Of a stretch of DNA of 64,000 nucleotides, positions 21,601 to 28,991 are shown one piece after another. The translations under genes were made by a program, and so were the position numbers. Source of the DNA: a virus (lineage: Duplodnaviria > Caudoviricetes); the IMG/VR virus record IMGVR_UViG_3300034103_001892, positions 1,337 through 65,336 of that record; one strand, 5' to 3'. The notes under the pieces were generated by a model, which was given only the letters and a program-made list of their open reading frames with translations, had not been told where the DNA came from and made no database searches. Every line of letters begins with the position of its first letter. Within the stretch, counting starts at the first letter, position 1.

Positions 21601-21874
21601 TTGCACTGGGGCTACCTAGGTCATACACATTGTCCACTGCCGGAACAATCGAACTTTTAACCTGTGTAATACCTATACCTGACGGTGCCAGCACCAAATT
21701 ACCGTTTATATTGGTAGTGGTGATAGAATTATTAGCAATTCTGACGTTACTGTTGACCGGACCATTTGACCAAATTTGATCAAAGTTTTCGTTGATTGCT
21801 ATAAAAGCATTGCGTAACGGATCGCCGGTGCCATCATTGGGTGCTGCCCCAACATCAATGATATTTTGTGACAT
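12653..21874 (-). CDS. Giant (3073 aa) tail fibre / adhesin-like protein
   Basis: N-terminal IDVGAAPNDGTGDPLRNAF...INENF (T4 gp9/gp10-type anchor), many GN(I/V)(T/S)xxN repeats, two DAATKxYVD modules and a YadA-like AVAIG repeat block. Confidence 0.85.
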   Translation of the reverse strand: MSQNIIDVGAAPNDGTGDPLRNAFIAINENFDQIWSNGPVNSNVRIANNSITTTNINGNLVLAPSGIGITQVKSSIVPAVDNVYDLGSPSARFNTIYLGSGGLELAGNLNVDYYFGNGRFLSGVLAAAAPNIQFGGTTVNIPSANANVVFTVNNIQSLEVGAAQTIFFRPIVSNSTVSTSGNITSAANVNAVGISATTVAAAGLAVSANTTTGNLSVVGSVTANTVNSTGNITFAPGGNLVFSNAVVNWLANPVQAQDAATKFYVDSVAQGLDVKASVLLATATTLPTYVYNNGTDGVGATITATTNGLLSIDSTAVSANARVLVKNEVGLNQPYNGIYIVTNTGNATAQFVLTRSTDFDLPSEIPSAFTFIETGATNADTGYVCITNSPVTIGTTNIVWQQFSGAGSYTAGIGLSLNGTQFFISNTGVTANTYGSSSSIPVLTVDPRGQITNATTASINAPAGLVTGDTLSSNVLISSLTAVGTLSQLSVSGNVNANNLNSSQVVSAAGNVIGGNITTAGVLTASGNVVGGNISTAGLVTATGNIVGGNIATAGVITATGNVISAGNVNAANVNSSGNISAVGNVNSGNITTTGSITAAQNISATGNVSASTLNSSGLISAVGNVNTTANVNAGNINATGTISSTGNISATGNLQGNNLSVTNLVNASGNVTGANITTNGLITAVGNITSTSNVAAGNIVSQGLVTAVGNIVTSANVNAANLNVTESVVAVGNVVGGNLTTSGRVTATGNIVSSANISGGNLLSTGIVSATSNVIGGNITTGGRVDATGNITGGNLTTTGTANIATLALTGSATVAGSIAVSSSISASSFITATGNVTGGNLTTGGLISATGNITGGNITTTGTANIGTLAVTGAATVTGNVTGGNLITSGLVSATGNITAGNVLTGGLISATGNVTGNYFIGNGSQLTGIVSSYGNSNVTTLLSNLGSNTIGGTGNITTTANISGGNLISATLNNSGNISVVASGNTWTFGSTGNLTVPATNSVPGRISTQTTLASEKGFDLRISAGNTDGCSVPGGDLYLSTGVGYNGISHGAGNVNIVTGDRYGNINGNIWRFDSSGALTLPLGNIKIKGTVGNSIAFGLNAGQISQGNAAVAIGSLAGNNRQGNNSVAIGNTAGAGGSVSTNYVSGAESPSTTLVVTSTTGIGPGMIISGTGFFGNITVVTVTNSTTLEISASAGFTPSGTLTFTGSQGDEAVAIGQSAGSTNQGSGAVAVGGLAGYNLQGDNAVAIGGLAGNNSQGTQAVAVGLFAGQEDQGQFSVAIGGGAGQQTQGEESVAIGAGAGSTVQGNAAVAIGGGAGAANQRINSVAIGASAGAGTQGQYAVAIGASAGYTNQGNNSIILNATGANLDQTTANTFTVAPVRNDVANTAQVMFYNTTSKEITYGNTISVAGNITSGNLNSPTLNNSGNVSVVAGGNTWTFGTNGNLTVPGPISGLGFSKLDFTTYGANSAYLTTTADDTTALFMGAVTAELYANTDVSIRANTGGTSQNWIFGQDGALTAPGNLNGVNVNTGIVSATGNVNSGNVNTAKVASTGGITIASGGSSDITLNAAGNINADSNYINNLLDPMQNQDAATKIYVDNLVATGLTYHEQVFVSTTANLATTTGGTITYAQPNGAGNGIGATITTTGSFNLIDTANVQTIGTRILVKNEGNAVLNGVYTWSNATAITRSTDADEYGTDSAHALSLNSYFFTESGNVNKGSAYVVAEPQGTITFGTSNIVFDLFSTSQVYSANTQAGISLVGTVFSAKVDNNTTAFDGGGNISVKAGANLTTPNIGAATGTSLSVTGNVTAGNFNTVGAISASGNILSSNVFATGTVSGNIVTGNSVSASGNVTGANINTNGLISAAGNVISGNVSTGNIVAANVNTGYLLVNTSAGANITGGNLILTEVTGAGGAVSAQGNISGANLNATNISLTGNVLSNLRVNGNVNVSGVVDIANSLTADSLLVDTVGGITANSGNITINQITGQGGYLNAVGANLSANIVAGNVNTGNISLTGNVLSDLNVNGNVDIAGTVGVANSFTADSILVDTAGGITANGGNIVINQITGQGGYLNALGANLSANVIAGNVNTGNISLTGNVLSNLNVNGNASITGILDVANSITADSILVDTIGGITANGGNININQITGQGGNLNAVGISVSGNISGNNITLGNNLSTTGNITAGYFIGDGSQLTNVSIAAGSAIENGNSNVRVAANGNVSVGTYGTIPAVFANTGLYATGLISATGNVDVGSTLNVTSNAAITGNISGGNISASGNISGTYFLGNGSLLSGIITSVANINNGTSNLRIDTAGGNIQANVAGTANIFTINASGIQTSGNASANNLSISNVTNIGVLSVSGNITANGVVTVDGNVTAANLISNGTVSAQGNVIGGNINTAGVVSATGNVVSVANVSGGNILSSLLISAAGNVTGANITSNGAVIALGNVTGGNVNSDGRVSAAGNIVTTANVTGGNLLTSGVLNLTGGTPYNTATLSGGNIILNNGAGDTPGLHFYQGNNDNFGIDVEAGTLRFVKNLDEAGGSAVGRVDSNGNIIAVGQLQGASASVSGNVTGGNIITGGFISATGNITGNYFFGNGSQLSGIITSVANINNGTSNIRIETSGGNIQANVGGTANVWTLASTGEYVSGEISASGNITGNFFFGNGSQLSGIITSVANINNGNSNVRIDSSGGNVAANVGGTANVLVLANTGAFVTGVVSASGNITGNFFIGNGSQLTGIANASSVYSVISLQGNVAGNSAGNVTINAGNVSGTLIPRAGNGIGMVGNATTGVITISVLDSLNDGIFWAGNNSAGLVSDSIDAPNVDNGLVTDSTISNSYDLGPLEYGTSSIISANLIPDNPFVYTLGNTSFPFLSLSVADINSTGNITTTKNVSATGNITAAFFSGDGSALSNVSGSNIRSGNSNVSVTAANGNIALSVTGNSNAVVFAPGLTTFKGNLVPDASNIYSLGSSTLRWTNLWISGNTITLGNIVLNDDNATDFSVYTSNGTTPANVKAQFINTLAYGYNSANLSASGNVSNAFNALSSGPITINSEVTITVNSGAFWTIV
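15390..16090. repeat. About three tandem 243-bp (81-aa) degenerate repeats inside the fibre gene
   Basis: gtgatttgatt/gtgatttggtt units start near 15417, 15660 and 15903. The sequence atttgctgataaattagcaccaa..gcgtttagataaccaccttggcctgtgattt is duplicated almost exactly. Confidence 0.85.
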
Positions 21875-21909
21875 TATTTTGAGTTTCCCGATATATTTAT
21901 CGGAAAAGT

Positions 21910-23838
21910 TTATTGCACCGGACGGTATTGCTGATTAGTACGAGGGTATGTTGATCCTGAAGTTGGACGCAACCACATTTTTTGTGGGGGCCAAGCATTG
22001 CCAGTTATGGGTCTAGTTGGTACGTATCTTAGATAATTGTTGCCTGCCTCACGAAGTCCTCTATAACTAACCGGTCCTGGCGGCAGTGGTATACTGTTGT
22101 CTGTAATTGCCCCAGTTTGTTGATAAGCAGCTAGATATTGTAATGCTTGGTTTTGTGTTAGATTTGGATAGTTTTCTGCCACAGTGGCGAAATATCCTGA
22201 CACTTGTGGACTGGCCATACTGGTTCCACCAAGCTTGGCTAGGAAATAGGCTGGATTTCTAGGATCTGCTACACCTGCTGCATTGTATGAGCTCATGATG
22301 TTAGACCCTGGCGCAAAAACATTTACAGCACTGCCTGCACTGCTGGTATCATCTAACTGTTCTACTGGTAAAGACCCAATGTTACCAACCACCGCGATGC
22401 TTTCATAATTAGCAGCGCCAAATATTCCTCTATTTGCATGCGCTGGTGCTGGTAATCTATTGTGATACTTTGGCGTATATAAAGCAAATGTGCCAATGGT
22501 TGCGAATATTAAATTCAAATAATTATTGTATCTATCGCTGTTGTTGACCATGCCGGCTTCATTGTATTGATTCCCAGCTGCTGCACACCATATGATTCCT
22601 TCTTTAGCCCCATCAAGTATTGCTGCTTCCGCTGCTGCATCTTGATTGGTATAGAAAAACAAAATAACACCATATATGTCTATGTAATCTTTATACAATT
22701 GTACACCTGCATTGTACCATTGTTGTGGAATCCAATTTCCATTGTACGCAGCTTGCAACGAAGTTTGTCCTGCCGGTGCTGTTGCTGGATAATTCTGTGT
22801 GGTGTTTGTTGGATTATAAAACAGTTGATTACTCTGTATTGATCCATTGCTGGGATTTCTAGGAAAGGTATTGGCAATTAGTCCAAAACTCATGTTTACC
22901 ACTGTGGGATTTTTCCTACCAGTTCGTGGATTCACTGTTTTTATATTATTATGCCAATAACGAATATAGTTAACTAACTGAGTCAAACTTGGTGTGCTGG
23001 TGCCATTGGTTTGTTCGCTGTATGGACTAATGTTATAGATGTTGGCATTTTGTGCCCAACCGCAGGTATTGCCCGCCATGATTCCAGCAACGTGCATGCC
23101 ATGCCCATTGTTGCCTGCTGAGCCTGCACTGTAGTTATATGTGCCTGCCGGTTGTCCTGTGACCTGCGGATTCAAACCCCACCAATTAAATTGCACAACT
23201 CTACTGCCACCGGTGCCATCAGGATTTACTGCATATTCTGGATGGTCAGGTAGAATGTTTCCATCAAATACCACACAGTCAACATTAAGCCCAGATGCAG
23301 TGGTGGTTATACCCGCAGTTTGATTTGCTGTACCACCAGGCCATCCCCAATTTGAAATTTGTTGACCGTTGGTGCAACGCAGTAATCCCCAATTTTTCAT
23401 GTTGGCTGCATTGGTATCACTTTTATCCCAACCATCGGAAAACTCATATCCAAGCGGAACTGGCTTAACACCTGTTAAATGCGGAGCTAGCTCAACTGCC
23501 AACACTCTTGGATCGGTTTGAAGTTTTGTTGCTTCTTCTACACTGAGTTGATATTGAGTGCTTCTGCAAGTTGGCATTCTGTCAGAACATGCAACTATTC
23601 TTGTTGGAGCAAACCCACGGGATCCGTTGGACTCCATTTCATCGTAAAAATTTTCTTGATCTTCATAGCTGTGCAGAGTAACCACGTAATCCAAAGCACC
23701 CAAGGACGAAGATTGCAATTCTGGCACTGGAAGATCTGTAAAATAAACATTTTGTTTTGTGTATTCGTACAAAGCTTCCACGCTTGGATTTGGGCCAAGT
23801 TCTCTAAGTATTTTTTCTGCAATGTTACTGTAAATCAT
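21910..23838 (-). CDS. Subtilisin-like S8 serine protease
   Basis: Catalytic motifs VVFDG, HGMHVAG, AAAGN and GTSMASP, plus an N-terminal I9-like propeptide region. Confidence 0.9.
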   Translation of the reverse strand: MIYSNIAEKILRELGPNPSVEALYEYTKQNVYFTDLPVPELQSSSLGALDYVVTLHSYEDQENFYDEMESNGSRGFAPTRIVACSDRMPTCRSTQYQLSVEEATKLQTDPRVLAVELAPHLTGVKPVPLGYEFSDGWDKSDTNAANMKNWGLLRCTNGQQISNWGWPGGTANQTAGITTTASGLNVDCVVFDGNILPDHPEYAVNPDGTGGSRVVQFNWWGLNPQVTGQPAGTYNYSAGSAGNNGHGMHVAGIMAGNTCGWAQNANIYNISPYSEQTNGTSTPSLTQLVNYIRYWHNNIKTVNPRTGRKNPTVVNMSFGLIANTFPRNPSNGSIQSNQLFYNPTNTTQNYPATAPAGQTSLQAAYNGNWIPQQWYNAGVQLYKDYIDIYGVILFFYTNQDAAAEAAILDGAKEGIIWCAAAGNQYNEAGMVNNSDRYNNYLNLIFATIGTFALYTPKYHNRLPAPAHANRGIFGAANYESIAVVGNIGSLPVEQLDDTSSAGSAVNVFAPGSNIMSSYNAAGVADPRNPAYFLAKLGGTSMASPQVSGYFATVAENYPNLTQNQALQYLAAYQQTGAITDNSIPLPPGPVSYRGLREAGNNYLRYVPTRPITGNAWPPQKMWLRPTSGSTYPRTNQQYRPVQ

Positions 23839-24914
23839 TAGATTTCTAACCCTAGATAAGTTATTGTAACACCTATGTTTGCAGATGCGTTAGCCAAGTT
23901 TGTCACGCTGATTGGTATAATATTACTGGCAGGATTATCATTCCAACCAATTGTACCTGGACTAACCAAAACTATGTTTGCACCTGTGCTGATGGTTTCA
24001 ACCATTACGCCAGCACCAGGCTGTGGATCATTTGTGATCAGTCTTGTTGAATCTGCTGTTTGTGTAGCTGCATTGGCATATAATCTTACCCAGGCCGCGT
24101 CAGTGGTTGTGACCTTGTACACCGCGTAGCCTTTTGCCAAAGATATGTTACCTGTAAATGTAGCGGCATTTGCCAAAGAACCTGTAAACACAGTGGCATT
24201 GGCTCTGTTGCCTGCGCCGCCGCCGCCGGTGACCACACCCGTTAGCAATGCACCATTACCTAAAATGTATGTGCCTGCTACATTACCACTGGCACTGACA
24301 TTACTTGACACAATTAAATTACCGCCAGAAATATTTCCACCGGTTATGCCACCGCTGACACTTAGGCTTGCACCTGTGATAGCACCAACCGCTGTGAAAG
24401 AACCTGCGTTGACTGCACCTGACACATTGGCTATTCCTCCAACAGCAATACTGTTATTGACATTTAGATTAGTATCGGTTGTTATATTACCAGTGACACT
24501 CACTGTCGCGCCCAAAAAAGAGGACGAAGTCACTGTGCCTGTGGTTGACCATGGCCCATTGCCATAAATTCGTGTGGTGTAAAGGTTAGGTGAAACAAGA
24601 TTGCCGGTGGCTAAAATATTACCAGTTGCATTTACATTGCCGCTGTTGACATTGCCACTGTACACACCGCTCACTGCCACAACACTGGATGACGAAACTA
24701 TGTTTGATAAGGATATTAGATTGCCAGTGAATTGACTTGCACCTGCACCAGTAACCAACAAGTTACCTGTGATAGTTACTAATGCTCCATCAACTAACTG
24801 AACAACAGTTGTACCAACTCTGTTCCATACGTTTGATGTTGCATTCCATTGATAAACAATATTTCCTACATTTGCCTGCTGTCCATTTGTAGGACTGGCT
24901 GGAAAAAATGCCAT
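23838..24914 (-). CDS. Fibre-like structural protein
   Basis: FPASPTNGQ...YQWN N-terminus, GN-repeat body and a beta-sandwich-like C-terminus. Confidence 0.65.
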   Translation of the reverse strand: MAFFPASPTNGQQANVGNIVYQWNATSNVWNRVGTTVVQLVDGALVTITGNLLVTGAGASQFTGNLISLSNIVSSSSVVAVSGVYSGNVNSGNVNATGNILATGNLVSPNLYTTRIYGNGPWSTTGTVTSSSFLGATVSVTGNITTDTNLNVNNSIAVGGIANVSGAVNAGSFTAVGAITGASLSVSGGITGGNISGGNLIVSSNVSASGNVAGTYILGNGALLTGVVTGGGGAGNRANATVFTGSLANAATFTGNISLAKGYAVYKVTTTDAAWVRLYANAATQTADSTRLITNDPQPGAGVMVETISTGANIVLVSPGTIGWNDNPASNIIPISVTNLANASANIGVTITYLGLEI

Positions 24915-26278
24915 TAATACCTCCCAACAGCGACTTCAATTAGTTTAATTGAATCGTCCGTAATATCTTCTAAAGATTTTCCAAGTGTGCAACCTGGTAC
25001 CCATGATGCAGCAACACAAGCCTGGGCTATACCAGGTTTATTACTAGTAACCAATAAGTCTCCTTTGCTTATAGGACCTTGCACATAACAAGGAACTCTA
25101 CCAGTAAGTGCAACAGCCACACCTTGATTAGTGCTGTTCATTAAATGCGCTGGATTGGTACTTACAACACCAGCGGCTTTGGGATTATGATCAACATTGG
25201 TTGTGGTTACTTCATGAGATCCACCAAATACTAGAACAGTGCCTGGGTCATAATTTTGTTCTGCTGAATATATTTCAGCCAAGTCTGCGTACTGAGCTGA
25301 TGTAGACTTAGCAAACACAGTGTTAAAGTAACTAAAGCTATTGCCTATGTTTCCTATGCCATTGCCAAGATTGTTAATTATTCCATCACTGGTAATGCCT
25401 AAAATTGGCACACCATTTACGTTGGCTAGTATATTTCCACCAGAACTTGGTATAGCCATTGATGTTGGGCCGTTGAAAATACTGTCAACGCTGGTGGCAA
25501 CACCTGTTAAGAAGGAACCATTACCAATAAAGTATCCTGCGCTTGTGGTGATATTACCAGTGGTGATAACCTGAGCCCCATACATGATGTTGGCTGTTGT
25601 GCTGGCATTTGTATCTCTTTGAACCACAGAGTTAGCAACTGCTGAAATTTCAGTGCCTGGTGTGCCAATACCGCTTACATCAATCCACTGATTAGTATCT
25701 CCATCATTGTTGTATTGATAGGTGATACCATTGCTGGTGTTAAACCAAAAGTCACCAGGACTGGGTCCACCTGGTGGAATTGATTGTGCGTTGTATTTTA
25801 CTGATCCAGTAAGTGGTTGTCCATTTGCCCAGTAGTATGCACCTCCAACCACATTCGCTCCAGATAAATTACCTGTGGCGTTAACAAAACCTGCTACATT
25901 GGCTCCACCCCCGCTGAACACAGCGATGTTGCTTACACCAGCTACGTTTACAAAAACATTGCCTGATAATTGTGGAATGGCAACTTGTGAAGTACCAAAA
26001 CTAATGATGTTGCCTAATGCGTTACCAGCGGCAATACCTGTAAGACCAGATCCGTCACCAATAAACAAAGCGCCTGTGACATTGCCAGTGGATGAAACAG
26101 TGGCTCCAACCACATTGCCTGCGGCAGTGATATTCTGCACATTTAGATTTGCAGAAGCTAAAGATGCACTACCAGTTAATTCAAGATTACCATTTATTTT
26201 AAACGTTTGTGAGGTAACAGAGACGTTACTTGTAGCAGAAAGCGAATAATTACCGGTGACTGTTTTGCCTGCACTCAT
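24914..26278 (-). CDS. Fibre-like protein with a C-terminal intramolecular-chaperone-like domain
   Basis: GN repeats, PGDFWFNT, and STSAQYADLAEIY...PGTVLVFGG...GRVPC, homologous to the C-terminus of 7726..8427. Confidence 0.7.
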   Translation of the reverse strand: MSAGKTVTGNYSLSATSNVSVTSQTFKINGNLELTGSASLASANLNVQNITAAGNVVGATVSSTGNVTGALFIGDGSGLTGIAAGNALGNIISFGTSQVAIPQLSGNVFVNVAGVSNIAVFSGGGANVAGFVNATGNLSGANVVGGAYYWANGQPLTGSVKYNAQSIPPGGPSPGDFWFNTSNGITYQYNNDGDTNQWIDVSGIGTPGTEISAVANSVVQRDTNASTTANIMYGAQVITTGNITTSAGYFIGNGSFLTGVATSVDSIFNGPTSMAIPSSGGNILANVNGVPILGITSDGIINNLGNGIGNIGNSFSYFNTVFAKSTSAQYADLAEIYSAEQNYDPGTVLVFGGSHEVTTTNVDHNPKAAGVVSTNPAHLMNSTNQGVAVALTGRVPCYVQGPISKGDLLVTSNKPGIAQACVAASWVPGCTLGKSLEDITDDSIKLIEVAVGRY

Positions 26279-26866
26279 TTAGATGTCCTTTTTATTATTT
26301 ATGTGTTCTAGGAACTGTGCAAGGGGCAGACTTTCAAAGTTGGCTAAACCTTCAAATTCTGTGATATTTGCAGTGGTTTCTCCCATGATTCTAACAAATC
26401 TTGTGAGTGGAAAATCTTTGGTGATAGTAACTATTTGCTTGATCCAGTTTCCTGTATAGGTTGGCTGATCTGTGTGTTTTTTGTAGTGCTGTTCATTGGC
26501 GTATACATTGTTGAATTTGCCTGTTGGGCTTGGGCCCATGTCAAAACCAAGCATATAGATCAGATTGGCTCCGTCCAGAGCAGCCAGCGCAACCGCTATA
26601 GGTCCAGAACTATTGCCATGGTATTTTTTTGGTACTCGCTGAGCACCAAATCCTTCAATTGGATTTCTTGTATGAAATCGCGCTCTGCCACTGTAACCTG
26701 ATTCTTGAATTTCAGTTGCAATGGGCCTGTCTGTGGCCACAAGTGCAGTTGGGGTAAATTCTTTGTACAATAAATTGCAACCATATATTGGTGCAAATTG
26801 AGACAACATTTGCACCCCTATACCTCGACGGCTTAGCCCATTACCTAATACAATAGCAGTAGTCAT
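26279..26866 (-). CDS. DUF115/Maf-like (CstII-fold) glycosyltransferase-like protein
   Basis: AIVLGNGLSR...YGCN...SSGPIA...IYMLGFD motif series. Confidence 0.55.
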   Translation of the reverse strand: MTTAIVLGNGLSRRGIGVQMLSQFAPIYGCNLLYKEFTPTALVATDRPIATEIQESGYSGRARFHTRNPIEGFGAQRVPKKYHGNSSGPIAVALAALDGANLIYMLGFDMGPSPTGKFNNVYANEQHYKKHTDQPTYTGNWIKQIVTITKDFPLTRFVRIMGETTANITEFEGLANFESLPLAQFLEHINNKKDI

Positions 26867-26902
26867 AAAAAATCCTCCCTGTATGTATTCCAGGGAGGAT
26901 TT
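26867..26902 (-). terminator. Intrinsic terminator-like hairpin that also contains the RBS of the next gene
   Basis: Perfect 12-bp stem aaatcctccctg/cagggaggattt followed by a T-run on the minus strand. GGAGG lies in the 3' arm. Confidence 0.7.
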
Positions 26903-26919
26903 GGTTAATATTTAAAATA

Positions 26920-27666
26920 TTAACTAGTCCACTTTTCAACTTGCCCAGGAATAACTGTCTGCTGTGCTGTACCAGACTTGATAACTGTACCTTCGTCAGT
27001 GAAGAAGTTGGTTACGTATCTAGTATCACCGGTGATACTGCTGTAGCTATAGTTACTGCCGCCAGTCCAGTCAAGCAACCACTTGTTGGTTAACTTACTG
27101 ATATAGGTAATTGAAGAATCACCTACGCTGAATCCAATTGCCATGAATCCGGCTGCTGGAGTAGCATCATTGTCTAGAACACATACACCAACTTCTTGAC
27201 AGGTACCAGTAGTACCTGCGCCAGCCGCGGCGCTAACTTGGAAAATTGTTCCAACTGCAGCACCAACTGGCGCACCCATGGACAACCAGTTGGTGTCGCC
27301 TAACGCTGCAATGCGAACGCTTACTCCTACCACAGCAGTGGCAGGATCAATAGCGGTATTGGTGGCCACTAAAAACTTGTGTGCCCCTTTTTGACGCAAA
27401 ATAATACCATCATCTACCCCTGTGACACTGTTGGTAATATTAACAATACATTTGACAATAGGGTTGGTTGCTGACGTTGCAGTGGTTCTAAGACCACCAA
27501 CTACACCTAGGTAATCTGCATTGCTGAGTGTGGTAGGATTGACATTGAATTCTGGATCAGTTAACGAACCAAAGTTTGGAAAACCAATGTCTATACCTAC
27601 TGCTGCACCAGGTGAATTAATGCCCGAATTGGTTGAATATTTTTGAATTTTGAGAGGACGTCCCAT
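26920..27666 (-). CDS. Virion structural protein (MGRPLK family)
   Basis: MGRPLKI...GIILRQKGAHKFLV...YISKLTNK, with strong AAGGAG RBS and a late promoter. Confidence 0.6.
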   Translation of the reverse strand: MGRPLKIQKYSTNSGINSPGAAVGIDIGFPNFGSLTDPEFNVNPTTLSNADYLGVVGGLRTTATSATNPIVKCIVNITNSVTGVDDGIILRQKGAHKFLVATNTAIDPATAVVGVSVRIAALGDTNWLSMGAPVGAAVGTIFQVSAAAGAGTTGTCQEVGVCVLDNDATPAAGFMAIGFSVGDSSITYISKLTNKWLLDWTGGSNYSYSSITGDTRYVTNFFTDEGTVIKSGTAQQTVIPGQVEKWTS

Positions 27667-27693
27667 TTTGTTTTCTCCTTAAAGAAGTCCAAT

Positions 27694-27746
27694 GTGGGTT
27701 CTAGCCACTACGCGGGTGGTGTCCCGCATAAGACGCACCATTGCGT
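27694..27746 (-). promoter_or_regulatory. Structured 5' leader with three tandem hairpins
   Basis: acgca/tgcgt, tatgcggg/cccgcgta and gtgg/ccac stems between TAAATA (27760-27755) and the RBS. Confidence 0.55.
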
Positions 27747-27795
27747 TCATATGTTATTTATGTTATAGTACTTTAAATTACCCGTAAATATCAAC

Positions 27796-28944
27796 ATGGA
27801 TACACATCAATTAGTGGTACAAGGAAATCAACATCGTGATCAAGATTATTATCACGAAGCTTTGCGTTGTTATGCTGAATCTTTTTTATTAGATCATACA
27901 AACAAACATGCCTGGAACAATTATGGTAACGTGCTTCGTGAAATAGGTGAACCCACAAGAGCCGTACCTTTTTTGGAACATGCCACAGCAATTGATCCAG
28001 ATTTTGTCACAGCGCATTTTAATCTAGCCATAACTCATCTGCTGGCCGGCAACTACAAACAAGGTTGGGAAAAATATGAATGGCGCTGGAGATACGAGCA
28101 TCTTGACGGCACGTTGCCTAATCTGTCTAAACCCAGATGGACAGGCCAGGATCTCAAGGATAAAACCATATTGGTTTTACAAGAACAGGGATTTGGCGAC
28201 ATTATCATGATGAGTAGGTTTTTGCACGACCTGTATCTTAGAGGATGCAAAATAAAACTACAGGTGTTACCAGGACTGGTGAGGTTGTACAAACCCAGTT
28301 TTGTATTAGACACTGTGTCAGATAGCCTTGATGACATGGGAGACTATGATTATTGGACACCAATAATGAGTTTACCTGGTGTGCTTGGAGTAACTTTAGA
28401 AAACATGCGCCATGATCTACAGTATCTTGATCCAATGAAACCCGAGTTTGATCGTTGGTTAGACATACTTGGTCCAAAAAAACACATGCGTATTGGGCTT
28501 TGTTGGAGTGGTAGAAGAGACAGTTGGCTCAACAGATACAAATCCATGCCTGTGGAAACCATGCTGAATCTAGTGCGCCAAAATCCCAATCATGAATACT
28601 TTTGTTTACAACTTGACGCCAGCGACGATGAACTCAACTCTGTACGAAGTCAAGGTGTTAAGATTCCACACAATCATATTCAAGATTGGTTAAACACCGC
28701 AGGCTTAATGTGTCACTTGGATCTTGTGATCAGTGTTGACACTGCTGTTGCACACATGGCTGGTTCTCTAGGCAAACCACTTTGGGTGCCCTTGAACAAG
28801 TTTGCTCAAGATTGGAGATGGTTATTGCATCGCAACGACAGTCCTTGGTACCCCAGTGCTAGACTGTTCAGGCAACCAAGCCATGGAAATTGGCAAGAAG
28901 TAATTCAAGAAATGTCAAAATTCTTAACATATTTTAAAATTTGA
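27796..28944 (+). CDS. TPR-repeat protein with glycosyltransferase family 9-like domain
   Basis: TPRs (AWNNYGNVL, AHFNLA), then EQGFGD, IGLCWSG, LDLVISVDTAVAHMAGSLG, DWRW and SPWYPS. Confidence 0.9.
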   Translation: MDTHQLVVQGNQHRDQDYYHEALRCYAESFLLDHTNKHAWNNYGNVLREIGEPTRAVPFLEHATAIDPDFVTAHFNLAITHLLAGNYKQGWEKYEWRWRYEHLDGTLPNLSKPRWTGQDLKDKTILVLQEQGFGDIIMMSRFLHDLYLRGCKIKLQVLPGLVRLYKPSFVLDTVSDSLDDMGDYDYWTPIMSLPGVLGVTLENMRHDLQYLDPMKPEFDRWLDILGPKKHMRIGLCWSGRRDSWLNRYKSMPVETMLNLVRQNPNHEYFCLQLDASDDELNSVRSQGVKIPHNHIQDWLNTAGLMCHLDLVISVDTAVAHMAGSLGKPLWVPLNKFAQDWRWLLHRNDSPWYPSARLFRQPSHGNWQEVIQEMSKFLTYFKI

Positions 28945-28991
28945 GCAAATCATAGTTTGGTAAATATCTTCCCAAATACTTTTATAGGCAC

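Noticed and set aside
12993-26249. Many plus-strand ORFs rich in LPV/MLP opposite the fibre genes
   Set aside because: Antisense shadows of the GN(I/V)T repeat codons; no RBS, promoter or recognisable domain.
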